From contig OZ286468.1 of assembly GCA_965644265.1 (NCBI GenBank), positions 70,928,001-70,992,000 on the forward strand: a stretch of 64,000 nt of DNA. Reading direction: 5' to 3'. This document shows positions 13,644-27,218 of the stretch, piece by piece. Origin of the DNA: Glycera tridactyla (taxonomy: Eukaryota). Position 1 is the first letter of the stretch. Each line of letters starts with the position of its first letter. Below the pieces are notes generated by a model that saw only the letters and a program-made list of their open reading frames with translations, made no database searches and was not told the DNA's origin. A program made the translations under genes and the position numbers.

Positions 13644-15763
13644 CTCTCCTTCTCTCTCCCTCTCTTTCTCTCTCAAGCATCAGTTCCTCTCGATGTTGGA
13701 CGGAGTGAAAATCTAATCCTGGATCATGACTCAAATCCGAATATGATCCGATACTGAATGGTTAGAATCAGTTAGGTGTTAATATAATGCAATCATGGGA
13801 TTATCTTATCAACTGGCTGAACTAAGTGGTAAGCAGCGGATGATGACTCAGTGACCACAAAAGATAAGTAGCAAGATCAACTGAAACATTTTATACATAT
13901 CACTTGCTGGATGCTGAACATACCAACATGATTCAGCTTTCAAAGTTGCTGACATTTTGGGGTAACAGAATTCACCCTGATGTATGTAATCCATTACATT
14001 CAGGATGGTCTCCCATAGATTCAAATCACTGATAAGATAAGCTGCAAGATAAATGTCTTAAATCTAATAATAGTAATATACATGTCAGTCTGTCTCAGTT
14101 AATCTGCAAAGGTCAAGCATTTTCCCTAGAACACTTTCCCATCATCATTTTGCAAATATACCTGCAAATGGCCAGCACCCATCCTGAGAGACCAATGGGC
14201 AATCATTTCATATGAATTGTACTATTTTACGCTACCTGTACTATGCATGAATCTGATCAAAGCATTCACTGCTCATTTCCCATTTCACTGAGTTTAGGAC
14301 AAGCTACTGCACTTCTGATGATTAAGTTTTGGAGAGACAAGAGATGTGAGTCCATAGTGACTAGAAGGAGAAATTAGATAGCTTCCAACATGTGTATACA
14401 AGATCTCCATTGATGTCATTGTTAGTAGTACATGTGTACAAAGGCATGTCCCAGTCTCTTTCTTGTTCACAGATATCCGGACATCCCATCTGTCTGAGTG
14501 GATTCCAGAGCTCCTACACCAGAAATGACTTATTTTTTAATCATAGGCAGTCGGGAGGAGTGAGATTTGCTCCATTTTTCCTGCATCATCAATTCACACC
14601 TTACTAATAGGAGTGATGAAATGATGTGATAGAAACATTGTTTTATATATAATATGGGTATTGAAGGGTTGGGAAGCATGCAGCAAATTCCATCACCCCA
14701 GCAAGCATGGATCTGACTCATATCTGTCCAGGCTGCAGTCACTTTAGCAAATTCCATTTTCTGCACGACATGTGGCTTACACTTCATCGTTTGTACCTTG
14801 CGCATTCCCGATGTTATTTTTAGCATTTTTCACACATCATCAACAGCTTTGTTCCTGACTGTGTGTTCTCAATGTTTTACCCATGTATTTGTAGCATTAA
14901 CAGAGCAGAAAGAATATTTCCAAATAATAAAACAAAGCAGGAAAGGATTGGAGTATAAATTGGGTTCATAATGGAGGCATCATTGTGTTGAAAAAGATCC
15001 AGCTGCATAAATAAATACTGCACATATTGAAGTGTGCTTGTGCTTTGTTCTTATGGGCATCGTTAACTACACCCTTGAGCAGCTCTACAATATGCCTGAG
15101 TTGCATCTGTTTTGTTGCCACTGATTTGAGCTATCTAGTGGCTCATTGTATAACGTGATCAGTATTCACCAGAAATCAACATGAATGCTCATTCCTGACA
15201 TAGATACTTTTGAGAAACTTGCCGAAGATAGTCCATCAATAAACACAAAATATTCTATGATGCACTTTCAGCGCAAGTGAGATGGGACCAGATTACCATG
15301 CTGGAGTAATATTTCGTGATATTGTAAATACTATTTTAAAATGCTCCATTTGTAATTCAAAGAAACAAATCTCATTTCCCAAGAGGTTACCATTTTTCAG
15401 CAGGTTCATAAGGTTTAGGAACCATATGGACAACATTGGAGGTACATTTGCTGGGATCATATCTCATAGTATGTCAATCAAGATTGCATGCAATTCAGAA
15501 GATCACAACTCATGGAATATGGCGCCATTTCCATGCTTCGTTCATCATATTATTCAGGTATCACATTGCCATCTTCTCGATATCCACCTTTGTCTTCCCC
15601 TGGGAGGTCTCTGGATTCCATGGCTGACTCATGCACATGTTTATTCCAGATGGATCCAGATGAAATTTGACATAAGAAATGTCGGACACACATGTTTGTG
15701 TATGGTTTGCGAGATGGAATTACTGTATTGATAATGTTTTTCCCTCTCTTTCTTATGTTCCAG

Positions 15764-15905
15764 AATTCGCACAGAGATCCATGGTGGAGCTTGGTGTCCG
15801 TCACACGAGATCTCCAAGGAGGTCTACGAGTATTTACAGATTGACCTTGGCCAGCTCAGGGTCATCACCCTAGTTGAGACACAAGGCCGCTTTGGGAATG
15901 GCCAG
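15764..15905 (+). CDS. DDR: DDR exon B: IRTEIHGGAWCPSHEISKEVYEYLQIDLGQLRVITLVETQGRFGNGQ
   Basis: ttccAG acceptor and GTGGGT donor at 15906. Carries the hallmark discoidin motifs GAWCP, EYLQIDL and TQGR. Phase 2 in, phase 0 out. Confidence 0.96.
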
Positions 15906-16521
15906 GTGGGTTCTGCTGCGGGCTTCTATGTAAGTTTTCATTTTTCTGATGTTGAGCCTGATCGTAGTGCTAAGCTGCCGCTCCCCAGCACTCTCCCTGA
16001 TAGAGACTCCTCCCCGGACCTGGCTGCATGACGGAGTGTGGAGGATGCTTGGTGAACAGTCGGTATTGTTGTCATGACAACTTAACACTAGCAGCAGGAC
16101 AGGTTGTATTGCAGGAACTCTGGTATGCTATGAAGAAGACTAATACAAGGGGTGAAACACTCAATAGTCCATTGCTGATAAGGGGTTGAAGTCATCTAGG
16201 TTGGATTATCTTCATAAAAGAGTTGCAGAATTCAGATATGTTCCCCGATATATCTTGCATTTCAGGGAGACTTCGGGCATGATCATGAGAATCATGATTT
16301 CATCTTGAGCATGCACATGCTTGTCCTTATCAAAAGCTGCTATTAGATAGAAGATCAGAGATGGCAGTGATTTTGTTTGACCATCAGGTAGCTTAGCTTT
16401 GCATCTATTCTCTCGGGCATGTCTAGATTTGGTCTGTCACCAATACAGTTCTGCTGGTTCTTGGTTCTCAGCCATTTACATTATATCTATATGAAAGAAT
16501 CAGGAACGAACACACACTGAT

Positions 16522-16560
16522 GATGCTGATGCTGATGCTGATGCTGATGCTGATGCTGAT
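16522..16560. repeat. (GATGCT)n hexamer microsatellite
   Basis: Read directly from the sequence, about 6 units. Confidence 0.95.
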
Positions 16561-18188
16561 TCTGTGACAACTTTGGTTTTGCAAGATACTAGTGATATGA
16601 AATCAACCTGGAGTCTTGAATACTGGAATTCATGACTAGAGTATCTGAGCTTTAGATTGTTCTTTAGGCATTTGTCTCACACAAGTCCACCATCAAGGCT
16701 AACATGATACCTTTTCTGGTTCCATGAGTCATTGTACTCTACCTGAATTTGTGGCTGGCACATTTATGCAATAGGAATTCTGAGCCATATCTGTGTTACT
16801 TCAAGTAATGATATTGTTGTGCAGTCATCTCATGAGTGGTTGATATAATCATGATTCGAAAGAGTATAGAATAAACAGTAACCTGATAAATTATAACTTG
16901 AAGAGGGCTCTTGAGGGATGGCATCTTATGGAAATTGACATGAATGTCAGACTGGATATAGTCTTAATTTGTACAGTCATCAGTTCAGCAGAGTTTTGAT
17001 TTCTTCAACCTGGCAGGCCTAATTTGTCTGATTGTGTGCTTGTTGAAAAAAGTATGATATTGATGCGAGACTTATTTAGGTTGGGTTAACCTGGCAATGT
17101 AGGGAAAAGTCCCTCAGATAGGAAATTGCATGCAAAAAATGGATGCAGTCCATCTCATGCACGTCTCAAATAAATCATGCCAGAAGGTGTCTATTTCCAT
17201 AAGGCCTTCGACAATGTGCAAGACATCTAATCATTGATCTGTGTTGGATTTACATGGGATGTGCGGTGATGATGGGTCCAAAGCAGCTTTGAGGGCATGA
17301 GAGAGGCTTAGGTGTGTCCAGTATCCTGACACTCCCTCTATTTAAGGCTTTAGAATCCCATCAATACGCTGTTAAGTTCTAGTCAAATTGCCCACTACTA
17401 AACTGCAACTTCAGCCCCAGTGCATCCAAGCGATCACTCATATTTTTTCATTGCTTTTCACCCTCTCCACAATATTGTTTGAAAAATCAAGTGAATTGAC
17501 ATGGTCCTGCTATTCCTCATTCTCAGTGGAAATTTATTTTAATCTCTGGTCAGCCAAACCTTCACCCACTCATGAGAACTGTTAATGAATAGCCGTCCAT
17601 GAGATACCATGTGCTATGCACAATGTTTCACTCCTATGGGAGTGATTCAGAGTGAGAAAAACAGTCACTATTGATAATGACTATGGAACATCAAGAGCGT
17701 ATTCTCTAGAGCATCAAATTTGTTCTGTTTGGATGCTTTTGCTGAACCTACCAGACATTGATTATTTGTAATTATCTCAATTAGGACTGAATAAGCCATT
17801 CATTATTATCTGGGATCGATGTCTTGGGACCATATCAAAAATGACACTTTTGAGTGTCTGTGAAGTTTGTGAATTTTCACCTTTTGTTAAGGACCCAGGA
17901 GCAGGAGTCTTGAATGATACCTCCCATGCTTGTTACCTGTGCATTTCAAAAAAGCCCAGTTGGTGCAGATGAGATGGAAAACGACAGACAGACCAGCCAA
18001 GCAATCAACTTAGTGGCTGACCATTAATGTGTGATGCAAACTGATGGGGTTGAAGCTTTGCTGAGTGTGCCTATTCAAGAAATAGCTGTGTTTTATTGAA
18101 GTGATAGCTAGTTAAGACTATTGTGCAAGTCCTTATCCCTATTCTGTGACACCTTTTCTATACACTGTAAAATTTGCTGAGTTGACAT

Positions 18189-18235
18189 AACTTAAAAAAA
18201 TTAATGCAGCACTGCTGCATTAATTTTTTTAAGTT
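18189..18235. repeat. Perfect 23-bp inverted repeat with 1-nt spacer
   Basis: AACTTAAAAAAATTAATGCAGCA-C-TGCTGCATTAATTTTTTTAAGTT, extending imperfectly on both sides. Confidence 0.95.
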
Positions 18236-18240
18236 AATGT

Positions 18241-18352
18241 AACTCACTCAAACTGACTTGTTATAACTAGTATCAAGCAAGCTGATTCAACTTCTGAACT
18301 CACTCAAAATGACTTGTTATAACTAGTATCAAGCAAGTAGATTCAACTTCTG
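18241..18352. repeat. 56-bp tandem duplication (2 copies)
   Basis: aactcactcaaactgacttgttataactagtatcaagcaagctgattcaacttctg is repeated with about 3 substitutions. Confidence 0.92.
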
Positions 18353-18666
18353 TACATTTTGGCATAACTTGAAGTGTTCTTTCAATCCAACTCTATATAC
18401 TAAGTTAACTCAACTTGTCTAACAGTAGACTACCCTTAATATCACTGAATATCAAGTCAAACCAACTTGAAAGTATTGAGTGATGGTAACTGATCCCTAC
18501 AGATTTCACCAAATAGTTGACTCCAACTTCGCTTGGAATGATCACCTGAAATGATAAGGGATAACACACAAAAAGTGATATAATTGAGCTGAGAATTGAA
18601 GGATAGTTGCATGAAATGATAAGAGTCAATAAACTGCAGTTCAAGCTCAACCAGTGTATATCAATA

Positions 18667-19039
18667 CAGTAAACAGCCTATCCTCAATGACCTTTCTGAG
18701 ACCAAGTTTTGATGTGATCAAGTATGGTCTTTGTATACAGCTCTCACCTTTCTAGAAGCAACATCTCTGTGGAATATAAACACTCGTATAATGAATGAGA
18801 CCTGAAAACCTGGAATGCAAGGGATGCTATCACAAAAACTGATCACCTGCACATGAAATTGAGCTGCATACCTGTCTGAGAGACCACCTCTACACAAAGA
18901 CCACCTGCCTATAAGGGTCACCAAGAACTATAATCATGATAGCATTTTCACATTAAGCAACTTCTGTACAAAGATTGCCTGCCTTCATGGGCCATTTCTC
19001 AATGTAACCACAGATGGTCTTTGTAGACAGGTGTGACTG
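18667..19039. mobile_element. Degenerate TA-flanked MITE nested in the CACTA-like element
   Basis: The right end CAGGTGTGACTG-TA and internal AGACCACC motifs match the MITE family below. The left end TA-CAGTAAAC is degenerate. Confidence 0.45.
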
Positions 19040-19864
19040 TACTAGAGTCAACCAATGCATGAGATGGCACTTACCTGGTCAAATCTGAATCTAGGTCATG
19101 GCTGTAAATTCAAATATGAATCAGCTGGCACACATGATATCACAAACACCAAACAATCAATGTCGAATAGACAGCTCTCTCAATATTGATGCATCAAATT
19201 GAGAATGCATAGATTGATAATTACCTACTTGACTGGATTTGATAGGATGATGAGACAAGTCACTTGATGAATGTCTGTTACAGCAGATTGGCGGAGTAGC
19301 GCAGATTATATGTGGCAGATTAGATGCTTGACCAGCAGGGGAAGGAGACAGGATGTACACAACCCCCTCTCACACACATACCCTGTATCCATGGTAGATG
19401 CAGGAGTGAAGCGTAAACATCTGGCCTTGATTTGGCAGCAGGACATGTATAAACTCATGTTGAATCAGTTGACTCAACTTGCAAAACCTTATTTGTCATC
19501 TGTATTATGAAATTTCAAGTTATCATAACTTGTCAAGTTCAGATGACTCAAATATATTGAGTAGAGCTCACTAACGGATTTTACAGTGTAGCAAGAGAGG
19601 TTTGATTTGGGTGAGAAGGCGATCATGCATGATTCCAGGCTTGCTTGAGAAGGGGATTCACTACATTCTATCATGCTGGATTAAAACAGGAGATATCTCA
19701 GGGGCTCGGGGTTGAGGAGTGAATTAGCTATTTGTGAGACCATTATTGTTACAATGTGGAGGATGCCAATCAACTGCTGATCTGTTTAGAATAAGTCTCT
19801 TGTTATGTATTCTCTATTCATTCATATTTGAAACCTGAATGATGTAGATATGCTTTCATATATT

Positions 19865-20054
19865 CATTCTCATTCTCATTCTTTCTTTCTTCCTTTCTTT
19901 CTTTCTTTCTTTCATACTTTCTTTTTCTCTTTCTCTCTCGCTCTCTCTCTCTCCCTCCTCACAATTTTCCTTCCTCTTTCTCTCCTCTTGCTCTCTCTCC
20001 CCTTGCCCTTACCTATCCCTCTCTCTTTCTCTTTACTCCTCCCCCCTCTCTCTA

Positions 20055-20103
<49 letters not shown>

Positions 20104-20112
20104 TACACACAC
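19865..20112. repeat. Polypyrimidine (CT-rich) tract followed by (CA)n
   Basis: Read directly from the sequence. Confidence 0.95.
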
Positions 20113-21653
20113 CTGTGATCTTCATTCATTTCCTTATTCATCGATATTTCAATTTTACCCTATTTGACATTCCAGTCGATGACAACAAACTCTGCCAGAG
20201 TAGTCAATACTGACACTTGCCTGATCACTGCTTCACTTAGTGCAGAATGGGAATATTCTCACCAGCAAAGTCACCTCAACATGTATCATTCTACACATGA
20301 TTCACCTCTATCACTTAGGTGCTGGGAATTTCAAAGATCTGAGAACTTCTATCTATCACTTCCATGATGGTATCCTGCAGCCTTAGATGGCATTCAAGTC
20401 TGCTGGTTGTCATTCCCATTGAGGAAATGACATCTTGGATGGTATTTTGAATACATCTTGAATGATATTTGGAGTAAATAAGGCTTTCACTGCTACTGGT
20501 ACTGTATAGTGTTATTTCGTAGTAGACATTTGGTACTGCTGCAGGGACAACCCATGCCTATTTTTACTGAGATGTGGATACACTCAGATGGTACAGATGC
20601 TGGTAGAGATGTGCAACGTTACCATAGTTTCATGGGATTGCCATGTCATTGGGAACACTCATGCCATTTTTGAGTGCATTCTCTTGTAAGTGAAAACAGG
20701 CTTTGTCATGGAGTGCCCTGGTGCTGTTTCAACTGTTTACAGGGATATGGGTATACTTTCAAGCTTGATTTAGTTCTAGTACTTCTACCTACTTTGGAAC
20801 TCATGATATCTTATGGGAGCATTTGCAAGCAAAGCTTTGTAGTCATCACAAGCTGGGCATTGGCACAACATGCCCCCAGCTTTGCTGATGTCATCATGCT
20901 TCAAAACTATCTGGATATGCTGTATTGGACAACTGTTTTTACTCTCCAGTATTAGAAAATAAGGCATGAGAAACTGCTGGGGTACAATCATGCCTGGCCT
21001 CTAGATCTGTAGCTTGCTTTCACAGTTTATACGCTGGTAGTGTGCCTAGAAATGAGGAAAGCCCCTTAGAACCCTCAGGCAGGCATTACTGAGTACAAAT
21101 ATGAAATAATTCAACCTAGATATTGCCAGGAAAAACGTATGGACTGTGAGTGTATAACAAAATGCTACTGCCCGCAGTTGATTTCAGGAGCACTCTGTTA
21201 GATCTGATAGAGGACAAGGATCCGTAAGAATGACCAAGGGTTGCGTGCACATTCCGGCACACTGATACATCCTCCACGATTTCATCTTGGCAGAATCTAG
21301 GACAGGGGTATGATTCATGATTGGCTATTTGAAATGAACAATACGTCTCGAAGTCCCGAGTGACGTTGGTTGGGCAGCGTGCGTTGCATGTTCATGCTAG
21401 ATGAATGCAGGGGTTGCGTGTGCACCGGACATTTACTGCATGTAGACATCATCCAGACGCCAGTGATCATGCTGGCTAATTTACATGATGATCAAGTGTC
21501 GGGAAATACTTCCACATGGCGAGATTTCTTGCCTTTTTTCTCGAGATGCGCTGTTCATTACATGCGGAGAAGTTTAAGTTTGCGTCATCGGTATTGTAAA
21601 CTCTTGTCGATGCGTGCCTGATCATGCGAACATGATCACTTATATGAGCTTGT

Positions 21654-21787
21654 NNNNNNNNNNNNNNNNNNNNNNNNNNNNNNNNNNNNNNNNNNNNNNN
21701 NNNNNNNNNNNNNNNNNNNNNNNNNNNNNNNNNNNNNNNNNNNNNNNNNNNNNNNNNNNNNNNNNNNNNNNNNNNNNNNNNNNNNNN
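21654..21787. other. Assembly gap (N run)
   Basis: Run of N. Confidence 1.
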
Positions 21788-24700
21788 AAATATCAGTAAA
21801 TCATCACCAGAACTGGGAGCAGTAGCTGTGGATACACACATATGGGCCAGTAAAATATTGACAGTCCACTCACCCCACCCATTTCTACCACCATGTCAAT
21901 AGGCCTATGCTAGTGTTGTTCTAACCTTTCAAAATCCCCGACAAATACTGGAACAGGTGTCAGCCACTAGGTGGCTGAGGTCAGGGTCACCATGATCGGC
22001 CAACTGGCGGATGAGAGAGGGTGGAATAATGCATTCAACATGCTATCTTAACACTATTAGTCCAGGGGCAATTTCAAATGTGTTTTTCCACACTATAAGA
22101 GAATCATCATTTCCAACTGTCAGTCTCTTTCAAGCATGATTTCACGTTCAGGCTCTTCATTCGAGACTCAGGACTTGATTGCTCCATAGACAGATAGTGA
22201 CATATTCCTTCTCCACTCTCTTCCAGTTATTGTTTCAATGTAAGGTACATAAAATTACTGTCATCTCTGCATTAATGGATCATTTTCACATTTAAAAAGC
22301 TAGCTCCAATTCATAAAAAAACTTGTGATAAATGTTCTGAATAGAGAATCGAAAGTCTGTCAGCTTTGTTACTTATTGTAGACATTGATTGGTCGACCAT
22401 CTGTCTGAACACGGAGTATGTGTGAGGGTTGGATAAACTCTGCTTCACCTTTGACCTCAGTTGAAGCAATATCATGTGTAGAAGATTTGAGTAATTGGGA
22501 TTGTGAATTGAAATGACATGTTACATTGACACATGCGTGGAGTGCGGACTGGTACCCCATGGGGCCCATGCTGTGCTCCATGGGGGCTGACATTTTGAAT
22601 CCCTTCAGGTGTGAAACCATGTACAATGTTACTCATGAAACATATGTGGCTTCTGGCACGTCTTTGAACTAAGTTTACATTTGAATGGTCATTTCGTCAA
22701 TCAGTTTATGTTTGATGGAACAAATGCCAGAAACATACTCATCAGCTGTATGAATGAAATGAAAGCTTGGGCGTGGGCGAAGTAATATAACCCAGATGAA
22801 ATGCTGCCCATCTTGAAGTTGAAATATATTAATGTGTTCATTCGATACTTCTGGCTACATCAGAAGTAAAAAAGATGTGATCTCCAGAGAGGTCTATTCC
22901 AATAAACATCAGCATTTTGATGATTGTATAGATTGATCCTCTGGAATTACAGTCAGAAATTTCCCTAGTCACAGCAAAGTGCTTACCAATTTGAAAAACC
23001 ACTTACCAAATAAAAAATGCATTAGGCAACTTAAAAAGATCCTAGCCAGCTATCATGCTGCAATAATCTAGTCCAAGAGTCAAGTTATATACTGGTCTGT
23101 TCTCTATTCCCAAGAATTGGTCTGCCTTAATTCAGATTGGATGGGTCTTTTCTCAAAGAAAGAAGAGTGATAATTCATTCAAATTAGATCTCAACTGATT
23201 GTGATAACTCAATCAAGTTCAATTCAAACTGATTCTTCTGATATCCTGTTCTTCAGGATGTCTCACAAGAACATAGCAATGGATCTGGTTTACATCCCCT
23301 GGGTGTTTGGGTGAATACATTCTTTCAACAATTTTCCTTCATTTTTTTCAAATTCTCTGTGATTATTTGATTCATGGCCCGACAACATGAATGAATAAAA
23401 ACCAACAGTAAGGAAAGTTAAATCAGAAGAGAAAGGGTTTATCAGCATGGATGTTGTATCACCTCGAAGCTCTGTTGGCAAACAAATCAGCCCGACTTGT
23501 TGAAATACACTGACATTTGTCTAAATGTTTCCCTGATTTCTGGGGATCAGTTTACCTGATGATTTACTGCCGGGAAGTCTGCATCTGGTATGTCGGACCT
23601 CTGTTTGAAATTAAAGCCAACATGTTTCAACTGCGCTATTTCACAAACTAGGGGGATGGGCTCACGATCGTGCCTAACTTTGCTGAGAAAGACCTTGTAT
23701 TGGATTTCTATTAGTCCATATTTCTGAGCAACAAAAACAGCCAGAGTGCAGGTTTTCTATATTTCAGTCCCGCAGGGGCTGCAGGTATTGGCGAAAATAT
23801 GTTAACTATTGAAGTGCTTATTTTGCATTATGATGTATTCCTTTTTTTGCATTGGGCAAATGCTTGCAAGGATAGCCCAATTGGATTGATCCAAAGGATC
23901 AAACATTGGATAAGGTGATCAGCTAATTTGATCACTGTGATGAAAATCAGGTTCATATTTGCTATCACTGGTTGTGAGATTATTTATAATCTTTCACTCA
24001 CACATTGTCATCTTCACTGAATGAATAGTCATGTGTCTAGGGAAATGCTCAGTGTATCTGTTTCCTTTGGATACCAGTAAATTTTGAGGTTGCTGTTATA
24101 TGATAGTCAGTATTCAATCATATCTTGGATCATCTTGGAAATGAAGTGAGACTGATATTTTGAAGGGCGGAGATCTAGCTGATATGTGAGCCCATTGAGC
24201 AGCTCAGAAGTGGGACAGTTTAATTAGAGGATCCAGCCTAGTACTGAAGTGTTGATAGATGGCGTACCTCAGGTAATTTGGTGCTGAAACCTCCTGGTGG
24301 TCAGAATGAAAGCTTTGATTGGCTGCTTGAAATCTTGAAGGTCACAGCCATGATTACCCAGAATTCATCACTCCTGGACTTGATTAACCTCTCTTCCTTA
24401 GATTCTATAGATTACCTCAGAATGTCATGTTTTTCACAGTAAAGATGAGATCTAATACCGAAAAAGACTGCTGGATGTCTCATCAAATTTATTTGAGAAA
24501 TAGCCTAAGTAACATAGGCATTTTTTCACTTCAGTCTATAGTTGAGCTGAGCTTTCATAAGTTTGACATTTATATCACTGAGATGCTAAAAGCCAGTTTT
24601 TGATCAGCTGAATTCTTATTCTATTCAACCAATGCATAGTTCAGCCACCAGAGCTGCGAATATACAAAATCAAAATAAGCAAGGCTTGGATCATGGATCT

Positions 24701-26043
24701 CAAAAGGATCAGTGCGCCGTTTCACCAGGAATGCTGCTTTTGAGATTGGCTAAAGTTCCTGGTAAATCTGGTTTAAGGATAGAAAATTGCATAAAAAAAC
24801 TTAAATAGATATGAAGCAGAAGATAAATATTTTCCACAATATTTCATGTAATATTCTTTATGAAGGGCATATTTCATCTTCATTGAACCAAGGTGATTTG
24901 TTGATTGATGGAAATGCATGTACTTTCCCACACCATAGAGAGAGCATTATGTACCAGAACTTCCCCAAAATGTCAGTGGAATGGTACACCTTAAACAGTT
25001 CAGCCTATATGTGAATGAAGGGGTTTCACTGGGTGAGAAAAAGCTGGCAGAAATTTTGCCCCAACAGTTTTTACAGATGTCAGAATGTGAAGTATTCAAA
25101 AGTTACCATCAGATGTGTTTTTACATTTGTTTGTCTGTTTGTCTGAGCTCAAAATGAGACCAGTCTGCACTTAGCTCTTAACATCAAGCTAAGACAAGTG
25201 TAAACATGTAAGCATATGCTCTGGAAGATATTAGGTGATGATATACCTGGTGAAGTCTAACCTGCCGTAACGGGCAAGCACTTTAAATTCCTCGAGAATT
25301 GGTCCATTCAGACAGGTGCATAATGGTCAGAGGGTATTTTCGCAAAGGATTTGAAGTAGTTCTGGTTGAGTACCTATACCTATGTACATTCACTCATCAT
25401 AATTTGATCATAGAGCTGAGTGCAGGTATTCGTCATCATTTTGAGACAAAGGCTTGCGTGAGATCAATTGAATCTAGCAGAATATATATTTGTTTGTCCT
25501 TGTATTGGCACTCTGCTAGAGAAGCTATGGTTCTGTACCTCCTCATGTACAAATTTAAACGATAAAGAAGATACAAAATACAAGAAAAATATATACACAT
25601 AATTAACTGCAAAAGGAGCATTAATTAAGTGCTGGTGGTTTTCATCATATGAACATGTAAATTCATCATGGTAGTATATCATGTGCTGATAAAGACAGTA
25701 AGATCCGAGGAGTAATTGAAATAGACTGCTTGCCATGACATCTGCAGCAATTAGAGTTGGGAGGCTGAGGCAAGCTGATGGGGATGATGGATGTCAGCTG
25801 AATGTCATACAGAAATGTAGCATGAATATTACATATCTAAATATATTGATGACCATGGCATCATTGTCCTCGCGTGATCTCCAAGGATGTAATCTTGCTG
25901 AACTTGGTCAAATTCAAATGTGACAGGTACATTTCGAATGCTCAAGTCCGTATATCTCATTCAGTAATAATTTCAATTGTGTAGCTGGTTTTCATGAGAC
26001 TTCTGGAAACCATCCAATCTGATTTCAGTTGATATGCATGTCA

Positions 26044-26288
26044 TTGGGTATTAACAACAAAGAACGGTCACTTGTGAGATTTCAGTGATCTTGAGCAGCC
26101 TGAAATGGAGTATTAACAACATTGAGCAATTATTTGTGGGATATCAGTGACCTTGGGCAGCCTCTAGTGAGGTCTTAATGATATTGAGCCATCACTTGTG
26201 GGATATTAGTGACATTGAGCAGCCTCTCGGGAGGTGTTAATGACAGAACAATCACTTGTGGGATATTATTGACCTTAGGCAACCTCTA
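26044..26288. repeat. Degenerate minisatellite, about 61-62 bp x 4
   Basis: Recurring cacttgtgggatatcagtgaccttg(a/g)gcagcct cores at about 62-bp spacing. Confidence 0.8.
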
Positions 26289-26877
26289 GGTTGGACATGT
26301 TGTTCGAATCATATAGACACTATAGTTCATATGACTAAATCACATTCAAGTTGGAGAGGGATATGAGTTAGAGAAGCTTAAATGATGTAAATTCCAGCAG
26401 AAAGGACTCCACCCTAAGAGAGCCAGTCTAAGATGATATGAAAATCAACAGTGTGTCAGCGGAGAGTTTAGTCTTGTTGGCATAGCATGACTCATACCAT
26501 GTATCGGTGTTTGTCGGGCCATATCGATTCTCTTCAGGAAAATCCAAAGTAGCAATTATGTGTGTTGGAACAGTCAAGGAGGAGCCCCAGAACAAATATT
26601 TGACTATGGAGAAAAAATGCATTGCAGGCGCATCATAGATTCATATCAATAAAGAAAGGACATCTTGACTCAATACGACAGTCTATTACTCACAAAGATC
26701 TGGTCAGTTTAGTATCTTGCCGCATTCTTGATTCTTGAAGAGGGTGGAAAAAGTAGTGAATTCCAGGTTTACCAGGTTAGGCAGTGCTGCAGTCATAACT
26801 TGGGATTTTTGATGAAAACTAGATTGAGAGATAGATTTATGGATGAATAGATGAATAGAGAGAATGGGTGAATGTGC

Positions 26878-27218
26878 NNNNNNNNNNNNNNNNNNNNNNN
26901 NNNNNNNNNNNNNNNNNNNNNNNNNNNNNNNNNNNNNNNNNNNNNNNNNNNNNNNNNNNNNNNNNNNNNNNNNNNNNNNNNNNNNNNNNNNNNNNNNNNN
27001 NNNNNNNNNNNNNNNNNNNNNNNNNNNNNNNNNNNNNNNNNNNNNNNNNNNNNNNNNNNNNNNNNNNNNNNNNNNNNNNNNNNNNNNNNNNNNNNNNNNN
27101 NNNNNNNNNNNNNNNNNNNNNNNNNNNNNNNNNNNNNNNNNNNNNNNNNNNNNNNNNNNNNNNNNNNNNNNNNNNNNNNNNNNNNNNNNNNNNNNNNNNN
27201 NNNNNNNNNNNNNNNNNN
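26878..27218. other. Assembly gap (N run)
   Basis: Run of N. Confidence 1.

Larger units (their letters stand above)
18163..19588. mobile_element. CACTA/EnSpm-like non-autonomous element (1426 bp) with internal hairpin, 56-bp duplication and nested MITE
   Basis: An 11-bp perfect TIR, CACTGTAAAAT...ATTTTACAGTG, is flanked by TA on both sides. AACT/AGTT-rich subterminal motifs occur at both ends. Confidence 0.6.

Noticed and set aside
15282-15731. 149-aa + strand ORF just upstream of exon B
   Set aside because: It has no recognizable domain or splice context linking it to DDR. It is probably the antisense shadow of a decayed TE frame.
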